DNA from: Amoebidium appalachense
Lineage: Eukaryota > Protista > Ichthyosporea
DNA length: 64,000 nt
Direction of reading: 5' to 3'
Assembly: GCA_963693365.1 (NCBI GenBank)
Contig: CAVNZM010000010.1
Coordinates: 3,224,001 to 3,288,000 of the forward strand
Below the pieces are notes generated by a model that saw only the letters and a list, made by a program, of their open reading frames with translations, was not told where the DNA came from and made no database searches. The position numbers and the translations under genes were made by a program. Shown in pieces: positions 1 through 35,294 of the stretch (the stretch's first letter is position 1; each line of letters begins with the position of its first letter).

Positions 1-500
1 TTAGCGGTGTTGTATGTATCGGATATTACTATGTATTTTAGCGGTGTTGTTGTATCGGATATTACTATGTATTTTAGCGGTGTTGTATGTATCGGATATT
101 ACTATGTATTTTAGCGGTGTTGTATGTATCGGATATTACTATGTATTTTAGCGGTGTTGTATGTATCGGATATTATTATGTATTTTAGCGGTGTTGTATG
201 TATCGGATATTACTATGTATTTTAGTGGTGTTGTATGTATCGGATATTACTATGTATTTTAGCGGTGTTGTATGTATCGGATATTACTATATATTTTAGC
301 GGTGTTGTATGTATCTGATATTCTATGTATTTTAATGGTGTTGTATGTATCGGATATTACTATGTATTTTTTTAGTGGTGTTGTATGTATCGGATATTAC
401 TATGTATTTTAGTGGTGTTGTATGTATCGGATATTACTATGTATTTTAGTGGTGTTGTATGTATCGGATATTACTATGTATTTTAGTGGTGTTGTATGTA
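1..500. repeat. 37-bp minisatellite (TTAGCGGTGTTGTATGTATCGGATATTACTATGTATT)n, ~13.5 copies, runs off the left edge
   Basis: Unit restarts at 1 and 38 and continues with few substitutions (GCGG drifting to GTGG) to ~500. It lies upstream of the first visible exon, so it is probably intronic. Confidence 0.95.
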
Positions 501-785
501 TGTGGGCCTGTGCACGTGCACAAGTGTGTGCTGTTTGGTGATTAGTACCCTTTATCCCCCCCCCCCCCCCCCCCCCCTTCCCTATACACAAACACACACA
601 CACAAATATCCTTTCTGTAGTTCTCTTGTACCACGTACCGTTTCTGTCATGATCTTGTACCCCTGCTTCCACTTACCACATCGATCTCCCCACAGCCAAC
701 ACATCTGAGGCACCCAACCAGCAACTTTCCCGTCTCGAGGGAGATACTGTTTCCTCGTTTGTATCATATTGGCTGTGTGCACCAG

Positions 786-23726
<22,941 letters not shown>

Positions 23727-23969
23727 TAGCTGCTGAATTGCTGTATGCTTTTATCCCATTGTTGTTTTGACACGAAACACATCCTAGTCTTTGATATTTT
23801 ATGCAACACAATAAATATAAAGGTTATTCTTTGACACGAAATTTGCACGATAGCATTTCCGCTTCAATTTCTCCCACCCTGCCACCTTGCTGCTGCCACA
23901 GATCTTTCAAGCTTCCGAAGGTGAAGCCCCACGGTGAAGTGTTTAAAAACTATATTGGCATGCCTGACA

Positions 23970-24070
23970 TTTTATTGGTGTGACAATTCTCAAAAAATTT
24001 TTGAGAATTGTCACACCAATAAAACGTTACTTACGTTTTATTGGTGTGACAATTCTCAAATAATTTTTGA
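23970..24070. repeat. Three-arm inverted repeat (A-A'-A)
   Basis: TTTTATTGGTGTGACAATTCTCAAAAA (from 23970), its reverse complement (23998-24024), then a third direct copy (24036-24070). Confidence 0.92.
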
Positions 24071-26257
24071 ACCTTTTTATTGAAGGACTCATTCAGTACC
24101 ACTGCCTACTGGTGCGTACCAGCCCCATGGAACATATATACCAGTTCTAGACTAATCCAGTTAGACAGACATGGCAGAACGATCCGGCTCAACAGCACAA
24201 TACTCAGTCGGATGTACAATATATAAATGCAGCAGCCCTGGGTGACCATGTAACTTTTGTGCAGCAGTAGCCCCCGGAGTTACAGGGCAATTATAAAAAG
24301 GGTCATGGGTAGAAAAAACAGTGTTTAGTTCAGTATTGTGTGGTGCATGTGTTGGTGTGGTCAGGGGTTGTTGGTGTTTACCTGGCGGTGGCACATGCGC
24401 GTGGTCGATTCCAGGCAACTTGCCGCAGGTAGCCATAAAGTTTCCCAAAGTGCCTTCCGGTACCATAGCATTCTTTGTTCTTGCTCATTCGAATGGAGAG
24501 CGTTGACTGGTGCGCAAAATTTAAATTCAGTTTTCAGCCTTTTTTGCTTACGGAAAACGACTTGTAATAAGTGCTTTGAGGAGCGCATCATGCCATTGGC
24601 TGTCCGAAAAGCTGGATCCTGCAATTATGACCATATAAGTCCATCAATGTGAAAATTACAAGTGTAAAAGTTGAATAAATAAAAGTTGAGATTACGTCAG
24701 CATTTTTTTGACGTCATGCAACATGTACGGGTTGATAAGCAATCAGGTCAGTAACAGGTCCTCTTGTGGCCCGGTATTAAGTGGCAAACCGAATCGAAAC
24801 ATGGCTACACCTGTTACAATAAAGTGAATCCACCAATCATCGGCTATTTTCGGAATTACCGTTTGTTGTATTTTACATGTACATCAACCAATTGCAAGAT
24901 GCCTACACAGCTGCAGTGGTACCAGTGCTTTATCGTTTATTGTATTTTACATTAACCATTCACAAGATTCCTAACAGCTGCAATGGTACCGTGCTCTATG
25001 ACTATTTATAGTAGTAAGCTATTTTTAGCATCCGCACACCGCTTCCCTTGCATTATTCTTTCTTTTAGTATGCATCAGAACGTGGCAGAACTCACTTTTC
25101 CTCACATGGGCCCATGGAATGCGGCATCAAGGGATTTGCACTTTATTTCACCGGGAGCCACTTTGATGGGTGTAACCACGCCTGCACTTAAGAAATAAAG
25201 TTGACCGCGGCACTGCATCAGATTTGCGAAACAGCCAACCAGCGTAAAGTGTGGCTCGCAATTATGCAGCTGCCTGGGTCGGCCAATAGAAAAACCTTGT
25301 GCTAAGTAGATGTTTTGCGTTAAACTTGCGCAACCTATACTATGACATCATGATCAGGCGCAGGTTCTGTTTCAAAAATAGCAAAAGCCCCTAAAAATAG
25401 CTCAGCTAAAAATAGAATGAGAGGGCATGTCGGCTGAACGGCCCAGCCTTGTGCACTTGCAAAAAAGGAAAACCTTGGGGATACAGTAGCCGGTCCACGC
25501 ACAGAACTGGCCCCTTTTTACGTTTATTCGTATACATTTTGACTACGCAACACGATATACCACTACAGCATTATATATATTATGATATCATTCAATCAGT
25601 GGCCAACGGTGTACTCACATGGGTGGACCCGCGATCTCGTCAGATGAGGCAAATTCGAAACCAGATACATCTTTTTGCCGCGCTCAACTAGGCTTTAAGT
25701 CAAGTTTTTCCTGACCCGGTTCCCTTAGTAACTGTTTTTAAACATTAGGCCAAAGGAAAAATAGCATCACAATTATACATAAAGAGTTGGCGCAAAGGGT
25801 TTTTGGATTCTGGGTTTATATAGAGAGATAGTGTAAAATGTCAACCAATCGAGTGAGCCAAGAAGAGTATTTTTTCGTGGCTACAAAGAAACCAGCCGCG
25901 CAAAAATTCCTGCACATATGATATGTTATGATATAATATGATATAAACCTTCCATGTTGTCACTTCTACCCATTGTGTGCCTCTGGGGCACCACCACCGG
26001 ACGAAAGGAGCCTGCAAGGTCTGAAGGACCCGGCGAACCCCGGTCAACATTTTTAATGGCCGGGGGGGTGTACTGACCCGAGGCAAGCCTGTATGACCAG
26101 CAGAGAAAACAAAACCTTGAAATCATACGTCCTGGATCAAAACGCCTCTCTTGGGTTGTACACCTTGTGCAATATAAAATAGATTAGAAACGCTAACCAA
26201 TTGAAATACAACTTGAAGGTTAACAAGAGGGACTATATATGCACAACATATATATAT

Positions 26258-27005
26258 CCATATGGAATTCTTCCTGGAAATGAGAAATAATACCCTGTCT
26301 TAGAATTCTTCCTGAAAACAAGGAAAATCACCATGCGAAATTCTTCTTTGAAACAAGGAAAAATACCATGTGGTCCATCTTCCTGGAAACAACGAAAATC
26401 AACACGTGGAAATCTTCCTGGAGGGGAAAAATCCCTGTGATGGAATTCTTCCTGGAAATGAGCGAACATTGCCATTCCCCCTTACAATGAGGAAAAATGC
26501 CCTGTGCCCAATCTTTCTGAAAACAAGGAAAATCACCACCAAGAATTCTTTCTTGAAATGAGGAATAATGTCGAATTCTCCCTGGAAATGAGGAAAAATG
26601 CCCTGTGGCGGAATTCTTCCTTGAAATGAGGAAAAATGCCATGAAGCCAAGAAGTTCCTGAAAACAAGGAAAATTCCCATATGGATATTTTTCCTTGAAA
26701 TTTAGAGGAAAAATGCCATGTGGTGGTATTCTTCCTGGAAATGAGGAACACTGCCCTGTAACCAATCTTCCTGAAAACAAGGAAAATTGCCATGTGGAAA
26801 TTTCCCTGGAAATGAAGAAAAATACCTTTTCCCCAATCTTTCTAAAAACAAGGAAAGTGGCCATGTGGAATTCTTTCTTGAAATGAAGAAAAACGCCCTG
26901 TGGTGGAATTCTTCCTTGAGTCAGGAAAAATGCCTTTCAGCCAATCTTCCTGAAAACAACTTAGAAGGAAAATGGCAATGTGGAATTTTTCCTTGCAATG
27001 AGGAA
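26258..27005. repeat. Satellite of 35-36 bp monomers with 71/107-bp higher-order units, left segment
   Basis: Alternating monomers GAAATGAGGAAAAATGCCCTGT.. and GAAAACAAGGAAAATCGCCATG.. with tails AGCCAATCTTCCT or TGGAATTCTTCCTT. It is cut mid-monomer at 27005. Confidence 0.93.
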
Positions 27006-27200
27006 TTTTTTTTTCTTTTTTTTTCGTTCTTTTGACTCGGTTTTATTGATCCGTTGATGAAGGCAACGTGCAGCCACCGGCTACATAACCACCAATAGAA
27101 CTGAAAAAGCCAAAGCTACGAAATAAAAATAAAGCGACAAGTGACAAAGGACACCAGCGGGCAAAACCTTAAGTGTACGTGTATGCGTGAAACTAGTTTG

Positions 27201-27535
27201 TGACATATACTAATCCGTCTCAGCAGATCAGCCTAAGTCTACGATCGAGATCGGGGGGGGGGGGGGGGGGGGGGGTGGCCCGGGGTCCACAGATCATCAA
27301 GATCAAGTCCGGGGCCTCAAGATAGCTGTACAGCTGCGAGCATCTTGCCTCTGCCGGCGCAGGGCAGGACCCCGTCAGCTGGAGCAGCCAACCAATAGAA
27401 TTCTAATTAGTGTGTAGGATAGATCATAGGAGGACTTTGGAATGTGATAAGTTCGGGCAGAAGCCCTTTGTAAATATTGGCAAGTTTTGATAGTGTATGC
27501 TGCCAAACGTATTTATATATTTCGATGTAGAGGAA

Positions 27536-27586
<51 letters not shown>

Positions 27587-27943
27587 GATAGTATGAAATG
27601 TAGATTTAGACTCTGCGGTGCCACTAGGGGAAGGGAGAGGGGTGAGACTTAGATAATTATATTAGTGTGAGCCGATCGACTTAGCTCGTGCAGGCGCACG
27701 ATAGAGTTAGATCGGAATGTATGGAATGTGGCATCGTAGGGGGCCAGGTGATGATGATCTTGTAGGGCACGGCCTTGATGGCCTCAGTTGTGACTTAGCT
27801 GGATTCCTTTCGGATCTCAGTTTGCCCGTCGGAGCCTGGTCTAGAATAAACTTTACCGTTTTTCGTATACGTTCGTTCCTTTCCGTGTGTGTACACTTAG
27901 TAGAGTGCCGCGTCTCTTAGTACACGCACGTTAGGATACGACA
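27201..27943 (+). repeat. 5' LTR (743 bp)
   Basis: Begins TGACATATAC, ends GGATACGACA, aligns with 45867-46589, and contains AATAAA (~27845). Confidence 0.95.
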
Positions 27944-28106
27944 AGCTACACCTTTTCTTTTAGTGCGGTTTTTCGCGCTAGATAAACGCGGTGACAGTTC
28001 CTTCTGGGCTGTTGCTACACCTTAGAAACACAACGGAAAAAAAAAAAAAAAAAAAAAAAAAAAACACACACAAAAACAACCACACGAGTAAGGCACACAC
28101 AACAAC

Positions 28107-29533
28107 ATGGCTAAGTTTAACGTAGATATGTTCTACGCGTTGGCAGCGGAGGATAGCTCCCTACACACACAGATACCACAGGTCCACACAGTCACTAGAC
28201 GTGAGGCAAACCACCGCTTTTAGCTTCATACTTAAACACAACTCGGGAAATACCACGGTGGCTTAGGACACTCGTAGCAAACACACCCACACTAGTGACA
28301 GATGCTAAGAAGGCCCCTACTGTGGCGGCCTCTTGCTTAATGATTAAGCAGTGCATCGACCACAAAACGATGGCCGACCTGTGCACCCTCATGGAGGAGC
28401 ACCCGTACAGGGCCGAGCAGGCCCCCCAGGTGACGGCTCGTATCTACGAGCAGCAGTACGACGAGGAGAGAGACGAGATGGTGTCCCGTACGCTCGGCCA
28501 GAAACGTCTGGCAGCACGGTTCATCTCCGACGACGAGGACGAGAACAAAACCGACGACGTCGACGGTGAGCTCGAGGCCTTCACCAGGCCCGAGAACGAG
28601 CTCGAGTACACGGCCAGGCTCGTCAACAGATACCTGACGGCCGACCGGCGCCGTACGTTCAGGGCCCAGCTAAGGGAATGGAAGTATACCTTTCCCACTT
28701 TAGATATGTCCCCCGTAGAAGCTCGTGCATTCTTTGAAAGGGAATATCGGGTCTTTGAAGACCTTTGTGAGCTAGCTGGTGACGTGAGTGCTAGGGAAAA
28801 GTTCGAGTTTGCTCGTAAGGCTCTCTCTGTAAATACAGACACTGCACGCATGTTTGGGGAGCATGATGATGTGGATGAGGTGGTGTTGCATGTTAAACGT
28901 CATTTGCTTGCCATGCACGAGGTGAAGTTCAATAAGAGGGATAGGAAGGAGGTGATGGAGGTAGATAAGAAAAAGAAGGAGAGTGGAAAGAAAGGGGAAA
29001 AAGAAGAGAAAGAGGGTGAACAGCCAGATACACTCACAGTGTTGGTCAAGCAGGTTGCCGAGCTCTCCCAGGCCGTCTTCTCTGGCCGAGGGGGCTTCGG
29101 CTTCCGGGGTGGCCGTGGCGGCGGCCGGGGTGGACACGACGGTCGGGGGCGTGGTGGACGTGGAGGTCAACAGCAGCAGTTCGACGAGAGGTTTGCCCCT
29201 TATCCTGCTCGGGGTGGTGGGCAGGGTAGAGGGAGGGGTGGAAATGGTGGTGAGCATGGTGGTCATAGAGGTGGGTTCGGAGGAGAGCATGGTGGTAGGG
29301 GTGGACATGGAGGCCGTGGTGGGTTTGGTCCTGGTGGTGAGAGAGGCCGAGGGGGGCAAGGGGGAAGGGGGGGCCGTGGTGCACACGGTGGGCCCCCCCA
29401 GCACGACCGGGCTCCCGGTTATGCTTTGCGCCAAGGTTATGAAGTCCCCCCTGGCCCCTTCTTTGGTGCATGTTACTTTTGTGGCCGGCAAGGGCACTCT
29501 GCTGCATATTGCCGTAGCTACCAGGGCTATTGA
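28107..29533 (+). pseudogene. gag: gag: capsid-like region, RGG-rich tract and CCHC zinc knuckle; one frameshift near 28205
   Basis: ATG at 28107 (MAKFNVDMFY...) joins ORF 28295-29533 by a 1-nt shift. The knuckle CYFCGRQGHSAAYC = CX2CX4HX4C lies just before TGA. Confidence 0.88.
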
Positions 29534-31143
29534 GTTCCGGGGGAGGGGGAAGCTGGGGTCACTGAGGGAGGGGGGGGGGGGGGATAGTATCGGTCCCCCC
29601 CAGGTTGCAGAGAACCTTCACCCTCTCCCACCCCAGGTTAAGCTTCCCTTTGCCCCCTCACCGCCCCGATACGTGTGGGAGCCGGGCATCGTCGTGGGTC
29701 CTCAAGACAGCGTCGAGGTGGTATGGCATGAATGTTTGTGGGGTGATTCTACCAAAGGTATGAATGGTGTGAATGTTTTGTGGTTGGGGGAGGTTCCCCA
29801 GCCACCAGTGGATGGTCTCAGTGTTTCTTGTCCCAACCCGGTGTTTGTTCTCACCACACCGGAGGGGGTTTCTGTGCCATTGTTCCCGGGAGGGGGGGGG
29901 GGACACACACGAGTAAAGGGGGAAGGGGGGGGGAAGGCACAGACACGTAGAAACACACCACCACCACAACACACGACGGTTGCAGACACACCTACACCCA
30001 CACACACACCCACACATACACCACACACACCACCCACCCACACACCACACACACACGCACCCACTCCACCACCACCCACATCACATACACACCCCACCCC
30101 ACCCGTGCAGGCACCACAGGTAGGTATGTTGCACGTAGGTATCGAGGGTGTGAGTCTTCGTGGGCAGGGTCTGGGTGTGAGTGATGATGTGTTGCTCGAA
30201 TTGGAGGAGGATTTAGTTGGTTTTAGCCGGCATTATATAGACGTATGGTTAGCTGATGGTAAGTTGAAGGCTGTTGCTTTGCTCGATGGAGGGGCTCAGG
30301 TTAATTGTGTGCATGCTTCGTTTATTCGTCGTTTTAATCAGGCCGGGGGGGAAATTCCTATTTTAGCTGCTTCTAGCACGGCCTTAGGTAGTGCTAATAA
30401 TAGTAGTATGTCTGTTGAAGGTGTTTGTGTGTTGCCGTGTGAGATAGGTGGCCAGGCTATGCATATTGCTTGTTATGTGGTTAAGGATTTAGCTCAAAGT
30501 GTTTTGTTGGGAGCCCCATTTTTCCGTAGACATGTGAATGCTTTGTTTGAACGTACGAATGTTTTAGAATTGCAGTCCGGCGTTAAAATTAAAACCCACG
30601 ATGGGCTCGACGGTTATCAGTCAGGTGCTAGAACGGTAGCTGAAGTAGTAATCGGGCCTTATCAGTGCCAAACGGTACGTGTCCGGGCCGGCAATCATGT
30701 TAGGATAGGGGATTTAGGGGTTTTTACTCCGAAAACCCCATTTCAGGAGGTGGCTCAATGGACCCTTAGTAGGGTATGGCCGGATAAGACGATAGAAATA
30801 GAATTAGTGAATCCGGGCATCGAGCCTATAGTGATTAGGTCAGGTGTTTCCGTCGGTAGTTTCACTAATGAGATTGGTAGTATAGAGGTCTCTCTTATTA
30901 CCCAAAAGGAGGATGCCGGCTCGAAGGGTGACTCGGGAGGAGGGGGAACAACTTTATTTAACGTTAGCCACCAAAATGTCACCCGACACAATGGGGGGGG
31001 GGGGACCGGGACAGCACCGGTCCCACTCCCCCGACCCCCACGAGGAAGGAGGGTCACCCCGGGTGTGAGAATGTGCAGGCAGGGGGGGAGGGTGTTGGTC
31101 TAACCCGTGGATCTGACGGGTTAACCAACACCGTGGGGGGCAG
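29534..31143 (+). pseudogene. pol: pol, 5' part: aspartic protease followed by a degenerate dUTPase-like beta domain; cut by the TIR element
   Basis: VALLDGGAQVNCV active-site motif, LGSANNS flap, VLLGAPFF. Then EVVIGPYQCQTVRV...IELVNPGIEPIVIRSGVSVG, which resembles the dUTPase-like segment often following Gypsy proteases (inferred). Confidence 0.85.
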
Positions 31144-31563
31144 CATCAGCAAAGGCCACCCACCCATCCATTCGGTATCATTCGGGCATCATGGATATTA
31201 GAATGATAGTACCCATACACGAACCCACCCTTCATCCAACAATATATCAGTCTGATACTCTTTTTGTTAAATCCTAATATCCGGTTATTTTAAGATATTA
31301 GAATGATATCCATGTCTAGATATCATTCTGATATTGGAATAGCCCCCGAAAAAGCCCGAAAAGCCCCCGAAAAAAGGCGTTGTTCTACTTGTTGCTCTAT
31401 CCTTTGGCCATCCCGCTATGTATCATTCTGATAACATAATAGATATTGGAATGATACATACCCTCAAATGCTCTACGTTTTCAGATAGGGGCAAACATAT
31501 CTGAATGAGACTTGAATAGTACATTACAAAGTACAAAAAGTGCCCTCGTTGGTCATAAACGGT

Positions 31564-31856
31564 TATCCAAATGATATCATAATGATATCATTGCAAGAAC
31601 GGGAGGTGTATTATAATATCATTGTATGCCCTATTATGGTATTGGTATGATAGAAGAAAATGAAATTATCTTCCTTTCCTGATATCAGAATGGTCTCATT
31701 CTAATACCGTGAATGATATCCAAATGATATCTATTGTAGAAAAGGGGGTGTATTATAATATCTTTGAATGCCCTATTATGGTATTGGTATGATAGAGGAA
31801 AATGTAACGAAATTCCTTTCCTAATATCATATTGGTGTCATTCTAATATCGTGAAT
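31564..31856. repeat. Two diverged ~142-bp subterminal direct repeats of the TIR element
   Basis: GGTGTATTATAATATC..ATGCCCTATTATGGTATTGGTATGATAGA.GAAAATG..TTCCTTTCCT occurs at ~31605 and ~31747. Confidence 0.85.
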
Positions 31857-32394
31857 TCCAAAACCTCATATCATAATAGCACTATTCCAATATCTTAAAA
31901 TCGTGGAACATTTAAATCTGTACCCTATTATAGTATCATAATTGAGAGACATGTATATCATTATAATCACCTTTGATTGTCGTTGTGGGCATCATAATGG
32001 TCACTTAAAATATATCATTCGTGTACCATAATGGTACCATTTTATTGATTCGTTCCGTCGTCGACGTCCCCCCCCCCCCCCCCCCCCCCCCCCCGGTCGA
32101 TCTGCTATTAGCACTAAACTGTATTCAGACTTAGAAAACAAAAAAAAAATTTCTAAGTAAATCTCAAAAAAAACAAAAAAAAAATTTTTTCTAAGTAAAT
32201 CTCAAAAAAATTTCTAAGTCTCGCTCAAAGAGAACTACGTATCATGATGTTTTTCAAAAGTTCTAAGACACACGCCCAGCGTGTGTTAATACCGTCACAT
32301 TTTAACCTTCCAAACAACCAAAATAAAACATAACAATATACTAACATTTTTGTTAGTTAGTATACTAAATTATTATTTCTTTTAGTCTTGTGGT

Positions 32395-33597
32395 TCAATA
32401 TCTTGGGGGGATCTTTATGGGTGATTTTGCGGGCCGCTTATTGGCGACGCGCGACGCCTCGTCGCTGCTGCCGCTCTCACGCTCCTTGTCCCCCGCACCG
32501 CCAACCACCGACCTGTTGCCGTCCAACAGCTTGAGGTCCACCACCTTCTCGTTGGACTGCTTCGTGGAGGGCTTGTCGTCTCCCTTCTCGTCTTGCACAT
32601 CAGCTGACAGGCTGAGGACTGCCTTCTCCCGGGCCTTGCAGATCTTTTCCCAGGTCTTTGCATACTGGGTTGGGACAGAAGGAGATTGTGTGAGTGTTTT
32701 TAGCTTTTCTGGCTAGCCTGAGCATGTATGTACCTGGGAAAAATGCTATCACAATGTTACCATACCAAACCTAAAGATGACATGATAGGATGATACTTGC
32801 CCACACTTAGGAGATATCCTTAAAACACTACGATGATACGTAACCCATACATACGACTTATCAATATCATCTTTTCGATATCCATACGTTGTCTTTCGGA
32901 CCGGAGCTAAAACACAATGATGGGGGGGGGGGGGGGGGGGGGGGGGGGTTGAATGCAGAACACGGTACGAAATACGCATACACGATGAGAAGCATGGTGC
33001 AGGACACATGCAAACTTTGAAGGCAAACATTCAAGTATGCAACATCAGCCATGTGCACAGTATGCGTCATAAGCAGAGCCCATCCTCAGGGAGGACCCGG
33101 GGGGGGGGGGGGGGGGGTAGTTGTTTACCTTGCTGATCTCTGATGGCCGAGCACCACCCTCGTAGTCAGGCATGTCAGCTCCATACTTCACAGCTGACCA
33201 CGAAATCTGAGTGGCAGACTTGTGGGCCATTGGATCCCGCAGTCCGCACTCAAATGTGTGGAGCATGAAGCTGAAGAGCTCGGGCAACGCCTTTTGAAAC
33301 TCCTGTGTGGGTGTTGGTGTGTGTGTTGCGTGTACGTACACGTAAGCATGTGTGTATGTGGTGATGAGGAAAGGGGGTATTCTCCATTAGCAGCAAATAA
33401 AACCGAATTCGACAATGAAAAATCTGAAATGACTTGAGGAAGTGGGAAGCTGAATGGATACTGGATAACCATGCATGTACCGTTTCTCTGAGTGATAAGG
33501 ATTTGATGTCTTGTGTGGTTATGTGTTGGTGATTCGTACGTGGGACAACAGGGGGAAGTGGGAGGGAGGGAGTGGGAGGGAGGGAGTGGGAGTGAGT

Positions 33598-33628
<31 letters not shown>

Positions 33629-34048
33629 GGGGGGGTCACAGTGCATTAAGAATGAACCAATAAGGAAGAACAACAACATTAAACATGAATAAGCATGTTA
33701 AAAAAAACAGCATGAGAAGATTTCGTCTTTGATTGGGGTGGGGTGTGTGTTTGGGGGGGGGGGGGGGGGGGGGGGGTAATGGGCACAAACGTTTAGTGTC
33801 TTGAAGCTGCTGAGGCGGTTCTTGATGTAGGAGCCGTTGATGGGGGACATGCACATGATGCGGTGAAGGGCGGGGTTGCCCCATGGGTTGCCCGTCACCG
33901 GATCGACGCTGTACATGCGGCCACAGGGATGGTTGTTGCACTCAACTTGAACCTCCACCAACCACCCCTACCACGTCTTCTTGCGGTACCTAACCTGGTC
34001 TGCCAACTTGTCGGGGTCGGCGGCATTGACAGGGGCAACCTGGAACAT
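32395..34048 (-). pseudogene. Three-exon orphan gene (~233 codons) inside the TIR element, with one in-frame TAG
   Basis: Exons 34048-33791, 33302-33129 and 32664-32395 are joined by phase-0 GT-AG introns that carry the host poly-C/(CA)n intron signature on the - strand. Product: MFQVAPVNAADPDKLADQVRYRKKTW*GWLVEVQVECNNHPCGRMY...FKTLN|EFQKALPELF...SEISK|YAKTWEKICKAREK...KRPAKSPIKIPPRY*. Premature TAG at 33968-33970. Confidence 0.75.
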
Positions 34049-34639
34049 CTGTGTTGGTGGGCATGGAGGCATTTGACAGTTTTTTGGAAGGGGGGGGGAG
34101 GGGGGAGGGGGGAGGGGGGGGGGAGGGGAGGGGCTTTTGGTGTGTGTGTGTTTTTTTGTATGTGTGGGTGGGGAAGTGAGTGAGTGAGTGTGTGTGTGTG
34201 TTTGGAAGGGGGGGGGGGGGGGGGTTAGAATGAATGAATAACACTAAATGCTAACATGTGAAACACGTTGTGCTGAAAGACAAAAGCACAAACTTATGAA
34301 GTCTAGAGAAGCAGAAAATAGCTTGAACGACTGGTGGAAGGGATGATAGCTATAGTGCTAACAGCAAAAGTAGTGCCCACAGTCGCTGGTTCATGAACGT
34401 GAAAAGGCAACGTGCATCTGCAGCCAGCAGAACACACGCACACGCACGCACACACACACACATACACACACACGCACACAGACACAGACACAGACACAGA
34501 TATAATCACAGGCACGGACACAGACCAGACAGACAAACGCCATATGCACAAAAGCAGGCAACACAAAACTAACCTTCAAACGGGAAAGGACCTGCGGACC
34601 TCCGGGAAGGGGGAAGAGAAATGGAGCAAACAACGTGCG

Positions 34640-34775
34640 TACAGGCTTAAACGGACAAAAAATTGCAAACCGGATTGGGTTTAGCCAATCACTATTTGCT
34701 ATAGACCGGTTTAGTAACCGCCGCGCCTGATTAGGGAAAAGATAAAAATAGATTTCGGCTCGCCCGCGCGCGTGC
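34640..34775 (-). promoter_or_regulatory. Candidate promoter of the cargo gene
   Basis: CCAAT/ATTGG boxes at ~34674 and ~34685 plus CpG-rich GCGCG tracts, just upstream of a strong donor (AAG|GTTAGT at ~34570 on -) that would define a 5'UTR exon. Confidence 0.35.
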
Positions 34776-34889
34776 ATCAGCTTGGTGCCCTCACACACAG
34801 CACATGCACACACAAGTGCACGCACGCACACACACTGTTATCCCTGATCATGATGCCCCCTCCCCCCCCTCCCTCTTCCCCCCCCGCGC

Positions 34890-34937
<48 letters not shown>

Positions 34938-35257
34938 ACCCACCCACCTACAAAGACGAAAACGTTTATCTGTGTTCCAGACCGTGTGCGCTCTACTCCT
35001 CTCCCCTCTCCCGCACACAATGAGCCCCCCCCCCCCCCCCCCCCCCCCCCCCCCTGTGCATGCAGGAACGCACACATATGCACACGTGCGCATACATCAT
35101 ATATATGGCGGTTGAGTCACAACCCATTTGCAAACCACACACGTGTGCACGCATGGACGTCGCGCACACACACAACGGCACACACACATAAATGCTCGCG
35201 CGCTCACAGCACACATACACACACACTCACTCACAAACACGCACACACACACACACA

Positions 35258-35294
<37 letters not shown>

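Noticed and set aside
1-500. Relationship of the 37-bp unit to the TIR element's 147-bp unit
   Set aside because: Only short AT-rich words (ATCGGA, GATATT) are shared, which is insufficient to claim homology by eye.
28983-29533. N-terminal 180 aa of the 706-aa ORF as a real overlapping protein
   Set aside because: It is the alternative frame of the G-rich gag RGG region; recognisable pol sequence starts only after the gag stop.
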